64,000 bases of DNA, taken from NCBI GenBank assembly GCA_044450965.1, contig JBIOJO010000002.1, positions 21,246-85,245 of the forward strand. Reading direction: 5' to 3'. Source of the DNA: Elusimicrobiota bacterium. GTDB lineage: Bacteria > Elusimicrobiota > Elusimicrobia > UBA1565 > UBA9628. The first letter of the stretch is position 1. Each line of letters starts with the position of its first letter. The translations under genes and the position numbers were made by a program. The notes under the pieces were generated by a model. It made no database searches. It had not been told where the DNA came from and saw only the letters and a program-made list of their open reading frames with translations. This document shows positions 48,044 to 63,051 of the stretch, one piece after another.

Positions 48044-49276
48044 CTACAAGCCGGCGAGCATCGTCCACGGAAGAGCGACGATCTTCGTGCCCATCCGAGC
48101 CACCTTTCGGCCGGTATGGACGAGAACGCCCGCGCTCGCCTCGGGGTGGTCCTTGAGGAACGCCTCGAGGCCTCCGCAGTCGGCGTAGCTGGGGGAGTCG
48201 GTCAGCTTGACCTCGACGGCGATGATCTTGCGGCCCCACTCCAACACCAGGTCGACTTCGCTGCCTTTCATGGTGCGCCAATAGTAGAGGCGGAGTTTCG
48301 GCGTGAAGGTCCCGGCGAGAGCCTTCAAGTGATGGAAGATCAGGTTCTCGAAGAGCGGGCCCGTTTCCCGTGAGGCTTTGATCGAAGCCTCGTCGTGCAA
48401 GCCGCCGAGATAGGCTGCCAGAGCCGGATCGATCCAATGAAGCTTGGGAGCCTTGATCAATCGCGTGGTCCGGTTGCGAGCGAACGCGGGGAGTCGGTCG
48501 ATGAGACAGGTCGTCTCAAGGAGGTTCAGGTATCGGTGCACCGTCGCCTGGGAAACGTGGGAGTCGCGGGCGACATTGGTCTGATTGACCACCTGCCCGC
48601 AGCGAAGGGCCAGCACTTCCTTGACCGTGCGGAAGTCGGACAAGGATTCGACCTGCGAGAGTTGCCTGAGGTCGCGTTCAAGATACGTCGCCGAGTAGCC
48701 TTCCCACCAGCGCGTCCGGCTCTCCGCCGTGGGCAAGGAGAGCAGGCCGGGCATGAAGCCCCGCGCGATCGCGGAAATGGGGTCCTGTGCATGCGCCGCG
48801 AGCGTCTCGTCGCGGGGGAACTCCCCTTCGAAGATCGCCTGGACGACAGACGGAGCATTCTTGCGCTGAACCTCGCCGGCCGTCATGGGAAGGAGCGTCA
48901 AGTAGACGGCGCGTCCCGCCAGGCTTTCGGAGACATGCTTCATCAAAAGGAGATTCGCGGAGCCCGACAGGACGAAGTGCATCTTACGCGGATGCTCGTC
49001 CACGGCCTGCTTGACCGCGGAAAGAATGGCGGGAAGGCGCTGGACCTCATCCAGAATCACGTGATCCGCGCCCGCCCAAAGGCCGGCGGGGTCGCGCTCG
49101 CCCTGCCGCAATGCATCCAGGTTGTCGAGGGTGACGTACTTCCAGCGCTTGGTCGGCTCTTCATGCCGGAGGAGGGTGCTCTTGCCCACCTGGCGCGCTC
49201 CGGTGAGGACCACGACCGGGTGTTCGGCGACGGCTCGCGCGAACTGAGGGGCTAGCCAACGGGGGAGAAAATTCAA
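48044..49276 (-). CDS. AAA-family ATPase with a C-terminal DUF4143 domain (ATPase family common in mobile/accessory regions). TTG start proposed.
   Basis: Walker A VVVLTGARQVGKSTLL, Walker B HVILDEVQ. The C-terminal region is typical of the AAA_14 + DUF4143 architecture. The track ORF extends a further 59 codons into an AT-rich promoter region, so the start was trimmed to TTG 49276. Confidence 0.7.
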   Translation of the reverse strand: MNFLPRWLAPQFARAVAEHPVVVLTGARQVGKSTLLRHEEPTKRWKYVTLDNLDALRQGERDPAGLWAGADHVILDEVQRLPAILSAVKQAVDEHPRKMHFVLSGSANLLLMKHVSESLAGRAVYLTLLPMTAGEVQRKNAPSVVQAIFEGEFPRDETLAAHAQDPISAIARGFMPGLLSLPTAESRTRWWEGYSATYLERDLRQLSQVESLSDFRTVKEVLALRCGQVVNQTNVARDSHVSQATVHRYLNLLETTCLIDRLPAFARNRTTRLIKAPKLHWIDPALAAYLGGLHDEASIKASRETGPLFENLIFHHLKALAGTFTPKLRLYYWRTMKGSEVDLVLEWGRKIIAVEVKLTDSPSYADCGGLEAFLKDHPEASAGVLVHTGRKVARMGTKIVALPWTMLAGL

Positions 49277-49440
49277 TTCTTTGTCTGAATCGTTATTATT
49301 CACTATCTGAATTATAAGTCGCAACTGTCCAATTTGCAAGACCTCTGAGGAAACGTCGGGCGGGGTTGGTGACGAAGGCGGTTGAAAGCCCCCGCTGGAG
49401 GAAATCCGACACTTCCGGCGGCTTCCATCGTCTAACGGGC

Positions 49441-49959
49441 ATGAAATCCGCATTGCTCTCCGTCGCCTTGACCGCCGCGCTCTCCGCCTCCGCGGCCGCG
49501 GGCTCCATCCCGAAGTCGAACGTGACGGAGACGCTGGCGTACGCCAGCGCCGAGCAGGCCGCGGTGGAGGCGTTGAAGATCGCGATGCCGCTGAGCGGCA
49601 GCTATGAGAACGGCGGCTTCATCGCCGAACGGGACGGGGAGTATTTCTACTCCGATCCCGTCTCCGCCCACGAAGAGGGACATATCTCCTTCGCCGCCGT
49701 GATACCGGCGGGGGCCCGGCTGGCGGCCATTTATCACACCCATCCCGGCGCTTCCTCCGAATATCTTCTTTTCTCGTCCGACGACGTGAAGGAAGCCCGG
49801 GCCCTGGGCGTGGACTCCTATATCGGGGTGCTGGACGACCATACGGTCCGTCGCTTCGAGCCGGGCCGGACGCCCACGCGGCCGTTCGCGGCGCCGGCGG
49901 AAATGCTTTCCGGCATGGTTTCCGACGGCGTGATCGTCGCGACAGTCGTCAATTTCTAA
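49441..49959 (+). CDS. Exported hypothetical protein (172 aa)
   Basis: Signal MKSALLSVALTAALSASAAAGS. Contains a His-rich YHTHPG segment. Divergent from the ATPase gene across an AT-rich region. Confidence 0.5.
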   Translation: MKSALLSVALTAALSASAAAGSIPKSNVTETLAYASAEQAAVEALKIAMPLSGSYENGGFIAERDGEYFYSDPVSAHEEGHISFAAVIPAGARLAAIYHTHPGASSEYLLFSSDDVKEARALGVDSYIGVLDDHTVRRFEPGRTPTRPFAAPAEMLSGMVSDGVIVATVVNF

Positions 49960-50063
49960 AATCCGGCCGCCTGATTCCGCTGACAATCGCGAGATTGTCC
50001 CCTGCGCGGGCGCGGTTACACTTAATAGCAGGCCCTCTCTCCCTGCCCCGCGCGGAGGCGCTT

Positions 50064-50477
50064 ATGTCCGAACAGGAGACGAAGCCGGTGATTCTGATGG
50101 TCGACGATGAGGCGGAATTCATCGACATCGTGAGGCGCTGGGCGGAGGCGGACTACCAGTTCGTCGGATTGACGGACGGCGGCGAGCTCGAGGAAGAGAT
50201 CGACGGGCTGGAGCCGAGCCTGATCGTCCTGGACGTGAACATGCCCGGCATCGGGGGCTTCGAGCTCTGCCGTGAAATCCGCGCGCAAAGGCGCTACGAC
50301 GACATCCCCGTGCTCTTTCTCACGGGGAGCCGGGAGGACGAGGATTTCCTGAAGAACCTGGAGGCGGGCGGCACCGCCTACCTATCGAAGCCCGTCGGGC
50401 GCAAGCAGCTGCTGGGGATGTTCCGCGAACTGATCGGCGGGGAGGTCCAGACGGCCGACACCGGCGGCGCGGATTGA
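50064..50477 (+). CDS. Single-domain response regulator receiver
   Basis: VILMVDDEAEF...LIVLDVNMPGIGG...YLSKPV. GGAGG RBS. Confidence 0.75.
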   Translation: MSEQETKPVILMVDDEAEFIDIVRRWAEADYQFVGLTDGGELEEEIDGLEPSLIVLDVNMPGIGGFELCREIRAQRRYDDIPVLFLTGSREDEDFLKNLEAGGTAYLSKPVGRKQLLGMFRELIGGEVQTADTGGAD

Positions 50478-50480
50478 GGG

Positions 50481-50903
50481 CTAGCCGCTCGCGCGGCGAG
50501 GCGCGCGGGCGGCGCACTCGGCGACTTTCGCGCGCAGCGTCTGCGGCAGGACCGGCTTGCTCATGAACTCCAGGCCCTCGGCGCCGTAGCCAGGCAGTCC
50601 GCGCATCCCGTCCATGTCGAAGCCCGTCAGGATGAGGATGGGGAGATCCCGGGACCGTTCGCGCCGGCGGATCAGGGCGGCGGCCTCGAAGCCGTTCAGG
50701 CGCGGCATCATCAGGTCCATGACGATCACCGCGAAGTCCCTTTCCAGGAGCCGCCTCAGGGCCTCCTCGCCGTCCGACGCCTGCACGATGTCCAGTTCGA
50801 GAGACTCCAACGTCGCCCTCAGCGCGAACAGGTCGTCGGGGTCGTCGTCCACGATGAGGACGGCGGCCCGGGCCTTCGTCTGCGGCGACGGCGTGGAGCC
50901 CAT
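50481..50903 (-). CDS. Single-domain response regulator receiver
   Basis: VLIVDDDPDDL...VIVMDLMMPRLNG...FMSKPV. Confidence 0.75.
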   Translation of the reverse strand: MGSTPSPQTKARAAVLIVDDDPDDLFALRATLESLELDIVQASDGEEALRRLLERDFAVIVMDLMMPRLNGFEAAALIRRRERSRDLPILILTGFDMDGMRGLPGYGAEGLEFMSKPVLPQTLRAKVAECAARAPRRASG

Positions 50904-50914
50904 GGTTCATCCCC

Positions 50915-56362
<5,448 letters not shown>

Positions 56363-56430
56363 CGCGATACTATGCGCGCCACGGCGGAAATTATCAACGC
56401 CGCGGCTGTCAGGACTGTCAGCGGACGGCG

Positions 56431-57102
56431 TCAGACGATCAGCTGGTAGCCGGCTCTCGTCGTCGAGACGCGGTAGCCTTCGTCGCCCAAGTCCTGGCGA
56501 AGGCGCTGGACCGTCTTCTCGAGGTCGTTCTTCGTGCCTTCGCGGCCCCAGATGTTCTCGACGAGCTCCGGCCACGGCACCTCGGCTTCCCTCTGGATGA
56601 GGTGGAACAGGACTTCGAAGCGCTTCGGCGCCAGGTTGGCGATCATCTTTCCGCCGACCCAGACCGACTTCGATTCCGGCAAAATCCGGAAAACGCCGCG
56701 TGACCACACCGCGAAAGGCGGCTTCGTGCTCCGGCTGGCGAGCAGGCGCTTGATGCGCGGGACCAGCTCCGACGTCTGGATCGGCTTGCGGAGATATTCG
56801 ACCGCTCCGAGGGCCTTGATCTCGCTCTCGAAGAAGTTCGCATCGGCGGGGTAGGCGGTCAAGACGATGATGGGGATGTCGCGCGTGGCCTTGTGCTTCT
56901 TGAGGAGCCTGACGACTTCGACTCCGTTGAGCCCCGGGAGCATCATGTCCAGCAGGATTAGGTCGGGGTTGAGGGAGAGGGCCTTCTCGTGGCCCTCGGG
57001 GCCGGTGAAGGCGTAATGAACCTCGAAGCCCTGATTTCGCAGGACGTGCGAGATCAGATGCTGGAAATCTGGATCGTCTTCGACGCTGAGTATTCTGTGC
57101 AT
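56431..57102 (-). CDS. OmpR-family response regulator (REC + winged-helix DNA-binding domain)
   Basis: [13 protein letters not shown]...[13 protein letters not shown]...LRKPI, then a winged-helix C-terminus ...[25 protein letters not shown]... Confidence 0.8.
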   Translation of the reverse strand: MHRILSVEDDPDFQHLISHVLRNQGFEVHYAFTGPEGHEKALSLNPDLILLDMMLPGLNGVEVVRLLKKHKATRDIPIIVLTAYPADANFFESEIKALGAVEYLRKPIQTSELVPRIKRLLASRSTKPPFAVWSRGVFRILPESKSVWVGGKMIANLAPKRFEVLFHLIQREAEVPWPELVENIWGREGTKNDLEKTVQRLRQDLGDEGYRVSTTRAGYQLIV

Positions 57103-57154
57103 CAGCGGGAGGGTCGAGGGTCTTCGTTCATATTAGCAGTTCCCGTTTGAAAAT

Positions 57155-57520
57155 CTAGAGCGCGGCCATGAAATCCTCGTCCTCGAACGGTTTAAGCAGG
57201 ATTTTCGCCACGCCCTCGCGCAGCGCCCGCTTCTCCAGGTCCTTGGAGACCCAGGCCGTCATGATGACGAGCCGCGTCCTCCGCGTGAGCGGGTCCTCGC
57301 GCAGCCGCCGGCACAGCTCCCAGCCGTCGATCTCCGGCATGGACAGATCGATGATCGCCAGGTCCGGCTGCATCAGACGGGCCTTGCGCAGGCCCTCGCT
57401 TCCATCGTAGGCGGTGCTCACCTCATGCCCTCCCGCCGTCAGGCGCAGGGCGAGCGGTTCGACGAGGTCGCGCTCGTCGTCCACGATGAGAATTTTCCTA
57501 GTCGGCGCCGGCCCTGGCAT
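57155..57520 (-). CDS. Single-domain response regulator receiver
   Basis: KILIVDDERDL...LAIIDLSMPEIDGW...LLKPF. Start trimmed to ATG 57520. Overlaps the upstream kinase by 23 bp. Confidence 0.7.
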   Translation of the reverse strand: MPGPAPTRKILIVDDERDLVEPLALRLTAGGHEVSTAYDGSEGLRKARLMQPDLAIIDLSMPEIDGWELCRRLREDPLTRRTRLVIMTAWVSKDLEKRALREGVAKILLKPFEDEDFMAAL

Positions 57521-58961
57521 GGGGCACCTCCCCGGCGGCGTCGCCCGGCGTCGCGATCGGAAGCGTGAAGCGGAAGCAGGCCCCGCGTCCGGAGGCGTTC
57601 TCGGCCGTGATCTTCCCTCCGTTGAGCGCCATGATCTCCCGGGAGATGGCCAGTCCCAGCCCGGTCCCCTTGTAGCCCGAGCCGCCTTTCGGGCGATCAA
57701 GCTGGACGAATTTGTTGAAAAGATCGGCGATCTTCTCCGGCGGAATGCCCGGGCCGTCGTCCACGACGCTGACCTCCAGCGCGTCTTCCTGGAGCGCGGC
57801 GCGGACGAGGACGCGCGCCCGGGCGTAGCGCAGCGCGTTGTCGAGAAGGTTCCCGAGGACCTGCGCGATCATGTCCGCGTCGACGTGCACGTCCGGCGAA
57901 TTCTCGGGGAGGTCGTACAGAAAGACGACGGGACGCGCGCGGTTCGCCATCCGCACGCCTTCCGCGACCTCCCGGATCAGGCCGATCGGCTCCACCGCCT
58001 TGCGGCTCACGCGCGCGCGCCGCGATTCCAGGCGGGAGAGGTCGAGGAAGTTGTTCAGCAGGCGGGTCAGGCGGTTGATGTTTCGATCCGCGGACGCGAT
58101 CAGGCCCTCCTGATCCGCGTTCATCGGACCCGCCAAATGGTCGCGCATCGTGCCGACCACGGCCTTGATCACGCTGAGGGGCGTGCGCAGCTCGTGGGCG
58201 ACCGTGCTCAGAAGCTGGTCCTTCATCTGATCCGCGCGCATCCGATCGCGGACCTCGGCCCGAACCTCCTCCAATTTCTTGAGCTCGGTGACGTCGCGCA
58301 GGGTCGCCAGCCAGGCGGGGCACCCCCGCCACTCGATCTCCGCCGTCCGCATCTCGACCAACGCGTCGGGGCCCGGCTCCTTGCGAATATTGAGTTCGAT
58401 CGAGCGTCCGGAGGCGAGCTCGTATTCGAACAGGCGACCGATCAGCTGCTCTTTCTTCTTGCCGAAGAGAGCCGCCGCGGCGGGATTGGCGTAGCGGACC
58501 AGCCGGTCGCGATCGACGATGACCGTTCCGTCCGGGGAACCGTCGACGAGGGCTTCCATCTGACGGAACAGGCGGTTGCGCTCCAGGGCGAAGGCGATCG
58601 CGTGGCGCAGGCGCGTCGCGTCGACCTTGCTCTTGCTGAGGAAGTCTTGGGCGCCGTGCGCGATGGCCTCCAAGCCGACGTCCTCCTGGTCGTTGTTGGT
58701 CAGCACGACGGCGGGCAACCCCGGCGCTTTGGCTCGTACTTTGAGCAGCGTTTCCAGGCCCCGGCTGTCGGGAAGCATCAGGTCGGTCAGCACGATGTCG
58801 TACTCATGGCGCGCGAGCAAGTCCAGGCCGGACTGAAGGCTGTCGGCGCTTTCGAGGACGTACCTCAGCGTGTCGCCGCAGGCCTCGTTGACGTACATGT
58901 TCATCAGCATCGTGTAGTCGGGATCGTCCTCGATCAAGAGCACCCTTACTCGTTGTTCCAC
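57498..58961 (-). CDS. Hybrid REC-PAS-HisKA-HATPase_c sensor kinase (receiver at the N-terminus)
   Basis: VRVLLIEDDPDYTML...IVLTDLMLPDSRG. PAS-like middle. H-box LLSTVAHELRTPLSVI. G-boxes DDGPGIP and GTGLGLAISREI. Confidence 0.8.
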   Translation of the reverse strand: MEQRVRVLLIEDDPDYTMLMNMYVNEACGDTLRYVLESADSLQSGLDLLARHEYDIVLTDLMLPDSRGLETLLKVRAKAPGLPAVVLTNNDQEDVGLEAIAHGAQDFLSKSKVDATRLRHAIAFALERNRLFRQMEALVDGSPDGTVIVDRDRLVRYANPAAAALFGKKKEQLIGRLFEYELASGRSIELNIRKEPGPDALVEMRTAEIEWRGCPAWLATLRDVTELKKLEEVRAEVRDRMRADQMKDQLLSTVAHELRTPLSVIKAVVGTMRDHLAGPMNADQEGLIASADRNINRLTRLLNNFLDLSRLESRRARVSRKAVEPIGLIREVAEGVRMANRARPVVFLYDLPENSPDVHVDADMIAQVLGNLLDNALRYARARVLVRAALQEDALEVSVVDDGPGIPPEKIADLFNKFVQLDRPKGGSGYKGTGLGLAISREIMALNGGKITAENASGRGACFRFTLPIATPGDAAGEVPHARAGAD

Positions 58962-61084
58962 GATGCACCTCCCACGGCGGCGGCGTCTGGGCTCGCGCTC
59001 GGATTCCCGGACGGAAGGACGACGGTGAAGCGCGTGCCTCGGTCCGGCGCGCTGTCAACGGAGATGGTCCCGCCGTGCCGGGCGACGATCCTTTGGCAGA
59101 TGGCCAGCCCCATTCCGCTTCCCGGAAAATCCTTGCGGCTGTGCAGGCGCTGAAAGGGCTGGAACAAGCGCTCGGCGAACTTCATGTCAAATCCGACGCC
59201 GTCGTCCGCGACGACGAGCTCGCAACGCCCGTCGTCCCGCGTCCTCCCCAGGACCTGCACGTTCGGCGAGCGGTCCGCACGCCGGAATTTGATCGCGTTC
59301 CCGATGAGATTGTGGAGGAGTTGGCGCATCTGCTGAGGATCCGCCATGACCGTCGGCAGCTTCCCGAGGTCGATGGTTCCGCCCGATTCGGCGAGCGCCA
59401 CGTCCAGACCGTCGACCACATCCGCGGCGAGCGCGGAAAGGTCGACCGAACGGGCCGGCGCCTCGCTCGCGCTGACTCGCGCCAGCGTCAGCAGGCCGTC
59501 GATGAGCTTTTGCATGCCGTCGAGCGCTCGGCGGAGCCGAGCGAAGAAGTCGCGGTCGGTCTCGTCGAGGCGCCCGGCCATATGGAGCGCGATCTGCTCC
59601 GCGAAGGCCGACGCCTTTCTCAGCGGTTCTTGAAGGTCATGCGAGGCCACGTACGCGAATTGCGTGAGGTCCGCGTTCGAGCGCGACAGGGCGTCCTGCG
59701 CGGCCTTCTGCGCCGTGATGTTCTCCACGACGAGTCCGACCAGCGGGCCGCCGAGGGGGAAGATCTTGATAGAGAAGTGCGCCCCCGGTACGCGCTCACG
59801 GCTGACGAAATCCGGGAGAAGGCTGGCCGCTCCGGATCTGATCGATTCCGCGCACAGCCGCGGCAGATCGGTGGTGAAGACCTCGGGCGCGAACGCGAGG
59901 AGGCTCTGTCCCTCCGCCGGATCGGAGGCTTCAGCCAATTTGAGGCCGGCGGGATTCATCTCCACGATGCGCAGGGAGCGCACGTCGGCGGGGTCGTCGA
60001 GCCGGAGGACGACGATGCCCACGGGCAGCTCGTCGACAAGGTGCTTGTAGAGCCGGATTCGCTGGCCATCCTGCTGCCGTCCCAACGCCGCGACGCGCAG
60101 AGTCGCGTTCGCGGTCCAGAGGTCGCCGTCCTTTTCCGTCACGCGCCGTTCGAGCGCGGCTCGCGCCCGCCCCAGGTCCGACATCAACGCGCGGATAAGA
60201 TAGGAGGTCAGCGCCGCGGCGGCGATGTAGACCGAACTAAATGCCAATGATTCGACGCGAGTCGAGTTCGCGACGAACGGTCCCGCCCCGCGCAGGGCGC
60301 ACCAATGGACCATGGCCGCGAGCAGCGCGGCGGCGGCGGTGACGCCGCGCGGGCCGCGACGCAGGCTGGTCCAGACCAGTATCGGGAACGGAAGGAAGCT
60401 GAGAGGATACTGCGCTTCCCGGCGGAAGGCGCCGAATCCGATCCAGACGGAGAGAGCGACGAGCGCCATCGCCGCGGCGGTCCGCGCCGCGTCCGCGGAG
60501 GAGGGGGCGTCCTCCTCTTCGTCAGGCGCGCGCGGATACCATGCGAGCGCGAGCGGCGAAACGATGAGCACGCCGACGACGTCCCCGATCCACCATGTGA
60601 GCCAGGATTGGCCGAACAGTTCCGGGTTCGTGATTCCGAGAGCGACGAGCGCCGCCGTTCCGACGCTGGCGCCGATAAGGCAGATCACCGGCGTCAGCGC
60701 GGCGAAGAAGAGAACGTCCCGGCTGCTCTCGAGAGGACGGCGCTCGGCCAGGAAGCGACGGAGCAGCCGGGCGCCCGCGAGAGCCTGGGCCGCGCTACCC
60801 ACGGCGATTACGGCCGCGGCGACGGAGGCGACCGCGCCCGGGCGATCGGCGGCGAGCGCCAGAAAATTGCTCAGCCACGCCCCCAGAAGGACGCCCGCCC
60901 CCGCTTCCGGCCCGAATAGAATCACGGCAGCCAGGGCGAATCCGGACGCCGGCCAGATCGGGGAGGCCGCCGTTCCCCTCAGGGCGACCGCAAGGCCCGC
61001 GCGCGCCAGGACGTAATACACCGCCGCGACCAGCACGACGGCGGAGCCCTTGCCTCCGATGCTCTTGGACAGCGTTTTCTGCAT
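58946..61084 (-). CDS. Membrane sensor histidine kinase with MASE1-PAS-HisKA-HATPase_c architecture
   Basis: MASE1 signature ASPIWPASGFALAAVILFG with about 8 TM helices. H-box FAYVASHDLQEPLRKA. HATPase NLIGNAIKF...GSGMGLAICQRIV. Start trimmed to ATG 61084. Confidence 0.75.
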   Translation of the reverse strand: MQKTLSKSIGGKGSAVVLVAAVYYVLARAGLAVALRGTAASPIWPASGFALAAVILFGPEAGAGVLLGAWLSNFLALAADRPGAVASVAAAVIAVGSAAQALAGARLLRRFLAERRPLESSRDVLFFAALTPVICLIGASVGTAALVALGITNPELFGQSWLTWWIGDVVGVLIVSPLALAWYPRAPDEEEDAPSSADAARTAAAMALVALSVWIGFGAFRREAQYPLSFLPFPILVWTSLRRGPRGVTAAAALLAAMVHWCALRGAGPFVANSTRVESLAFSSVYIAAAALTSYLIRALMSDLGRARAALERRVTEKDGDLWTANATLRVAALGRQQDGQRIRLYKHLVDELPVGIVVLRLDDPADVRSLRIVEMNPAGLKLAEASDPAEGQSLLAFAPEVFTTDLPRLCAESIRSGAASLLPDFVSRERVPGAHFSIKIFPLGGPLVGLVVENITAQKAAQDALSRSNADLTQFAYVASHDLQEPLRKASAFAEQIALHMAGRLDETDRDFFARLRRALDGMQKLIDGLLTLARVSASEAPARSVDLSALAADVVDGLDVALAESGGTIDLGKLPTVMADPQQMRQLLHNLIGNAIKFRRADRSPNVQVLGRTRDDGRCELVVADDGVGFDMKFAERLFQPFQRLHSRKDFPGSGMGLAICQRIVARHGGTISVDSAPDRGTRFTVVLPSGNPSASPDAAAVGGASWNNE

Positions 61085-61244
61085 CCGCCCTCCCGATGGC
61101 GACGATTCCAGTTTGCCGCCCGCGGGGCCCGGCTTCAATGACGGGAAAGTCAGCGAGGTCAGGCTTCGCCGGATGTTTACCTCTTGTTTCGTCGCGCGCC
61201 GCGGGTTCCGGGGGTATATTCTCCGTGACGGGAGGAGTGAGATC

Positions 61245-61697
61245 ATGGACGAACTACGGATGCACCAGCTGACGAAGGAGATGGTCGCCGAGGAGCTGCG
61301 GCTCATGGGGGATCCGTGCAAGACGGCGGCCGAAGTGGTCCGCCGCACCCTGACGGCGGCCCTGCAAAGCCCTCCCGACGGCACCGCTCCGGAGCGCATC
61401 ATCGAGGACTCGGTCAAGGGCGCGATGACGGCGGTGCTGCTCGCGGATCAGAACCTGACTCGCGCCGCCATGCTGGTGCTTGCCGCGGTAATGGACGCCT
61501 CCAACGCGACGGTGGAGCCGAGCGCCGCGATGGGCGCGGCGCTCAAGGGCGTGGCCGATCTGCGCCGCTTCACCGACCCTCAGCGCCTGGAGGAGATCCG
61601 CTTGGAGATCGCCGCGCAGTACATGGGAGCGGGCGAGGTGTTCGTTGAATACCTGCGCGCGCCGATCCCCGGAGACCAGACTCCCGCGCCCCGTTGA
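61245..61697 (+). CDS. Hypothetical cytoplasmic protein (150 aa)
   Basis: GGAGG RBS 6 nt upstream of ATG 61245. Helical, Ala-rich. No homolog recognised. Confidence 0.45.
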   Translation: MDELRMHQLTKEMVAEELRLMGDPCKTAAEVVRRTLTAALQSPPDGTAPERIIEDSVKGAMTAVLLADQNLTRAAMLVLAAVMDASNATVEPSAAMGAALKGVADLRRFTDPQRLEEIRLEIAAQYMGAGEVFVEYLRAPIPGDQTPAPR

Positions 61698-61720
61698 CGA
61701 GATTTTGATAGTATGGGCGC

Positions 61721-62314
61721 GTGCTGGCCGTCATCGTCGCGCTGACCGCTCCCGCGCTCGCCGCCGATCCGCTCGTCAACGTGAGGACGGCCGTTCCCGG
61801 CGTCGTGCTGGACCTGCATTACGCCACCGCCCGGAACTTCACGGGACGGGCGCTCTATTCCGTGCCCGCCGCTTTTCTGCGCCGCTCCACCGCGGCTAAA
61901 TTGGCGAAGGCCGCCGAAGCCCTGCGCGCGCGCGGCCGCCGGCTGGTGATCTACGACGCGTACCGGCCGCTGTCGGTCCAGAAGCTGATGTGGGCGGCCA
62001 AGCCCGACCGGCGCTTCGTCGCCGACCCGGCGCGCGGCTCGGCGCATAATCGCGGCGGCGCGGTCGACGTCGGTCTGGCGGACGCCGACGGCGCGCCCGT
62101 CGCGATGCCCAGCGGGTTCGACGAGTTCGGACCGCGCGCCGCCCACGGCGCGCCGGATATTCCGCCCGCCGCCCGGGCCGAGGCGGAAAGCCTGAAGGCG
62201 GCCATGGAAGGGGCGGGATTCAAATCCCTGGCCGAGGAATGGTGGCATTACCAGGATCCCGCGGCGAAGGACTGGCCGCTTCTGGACGTTCCCTTGGAGG
62301 AGCTCTCCCCATGA
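61721..62314 (+). CDS. D-alanyl-D-alanine dipeptidase-like peptidase M15 (VanX/DdpX family) with signal peptide
   Basis: SAHNRGGAVDV and EWWHYQD zinc-ligand motifs. Signal MLAVIVALTAPALAADP (GTG start). Confidence 0.75.
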   Translation: MLAVIVALTAPALAADPLVNVRTAVPGVVLDLHYATARNFTGRALYSVPAAFLRRSTAAKLAKAAEALRARGRRLVIYDAYRPLSVQKLMWAAKPDRRFVADPARGSAHNRGGAVDVGLADADGAPVAMPSGFDEFGPRAAHGAPDIPPAARAEAESLKAAMEGAGFKSLAEEWWHYQDPAAKDWPLLDVPLEELSP

Positions 62315-63051
62315 AAAAAGCGTTCCGCGCGGCGTTCACCGCCGCCCTCGTCCTGGCCGTGATCGGCATCGGCGTCGTCTCCCTGACGCTGGGGAATATC
62401 GTGAAGACCGCGGTCGAGACGGCCGGCCCGCGCCTGCTCGGCGCGCCGGTCACGCTGGAATTCGCCGCGCTGTCGCCTTTTTCCGGACGCGGGACCCTGC
62501 GCGGGCTGGTGATCGGCAATCCGGCGGGATTCAAAGGTCCCCACGCGGTGCGCGTCGGCTCCGTGGAGATCGCCTTGAAGGTCTCGTCCTTGCTGACGGA
62601 CACGATCGTCGTGGAGAGCGTCGTCGTGAGCCGGCCGGAGATCGTCTGGGAGCTGGGACCCGGCGGCGTTTCCAACCTGACCCGCCTGCAGAAGAACGCC
62701 GAGACGTCGGCCGCCACCCTGGGCGGCGGCAAGCCGACTCCCGCGCCCGTGCCCGCGGCCAAGCCGGGCAAGGCGCTGCTGATCGCGGACCTCCGGGTCA
62801 CCGGCGGTTCCGTGGGTCTGTCGGCCACCGCGTTCGGCGGCGGCGCCCTGAACGCGCCGCTTCCCGACGTCCATCTGAAGAATCTGGGCGGCAAGGGGAA
62901 GTCCCCGGCGGCCGTGGCCGCCGAGGCGCTGAGCGCGGTGACGTCCTCGGCCCAGCGCGGCGTGTCGAATATCGGCTCCAAGACCATCGACGCCGCGGCG
63001 TCCGCCGCGCGCTCCGCGCTCGACTCCCTGTTCCGCAAGGCGGGCAAGTGA
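62311..63051 (+). CDS. Membrane-anchored protein with an AsmA-like N-terminal region
   Basis: MKKAFRAAFTAALVLAVIGIGVVSLTLGNIVKTAVETAGPRLLGAPVTLE is characteristic of the AsmA-family N-terminus. ATGA overlap with the peptidase gene. Confidence 0.5.
   Translation: MKKAFRAAFTAALVLAVIGIGVVSLTLGNIVKTAVETAGPRLLGAPVTLEFAALSPFSGRGTLRGLVIGNPAGFKGPHAVRVGSVEIALKVSSLLTDTIVVESVVVSRPEIVWELGPGGVSNLTRLQKNAETSAATLGGGKPTPAPVPAAKPGKALLIADLRVTGGSVGLSATAFGGGALNAPLPDVHLKNLGGKGKSPAAVAAEALSAVTSSAQRGVSNIGSKTIDAAASAARSALDSLFRKAGK

Noticed and set aside
49277-49453. 59-codon N-terminal extension of the DUF4143 ATPase ORF
   Set aside because: It runs through a markedly AT-rich promoter region containing a TATAAT box. 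The family's N-terminus fits a start at TTG 49276.
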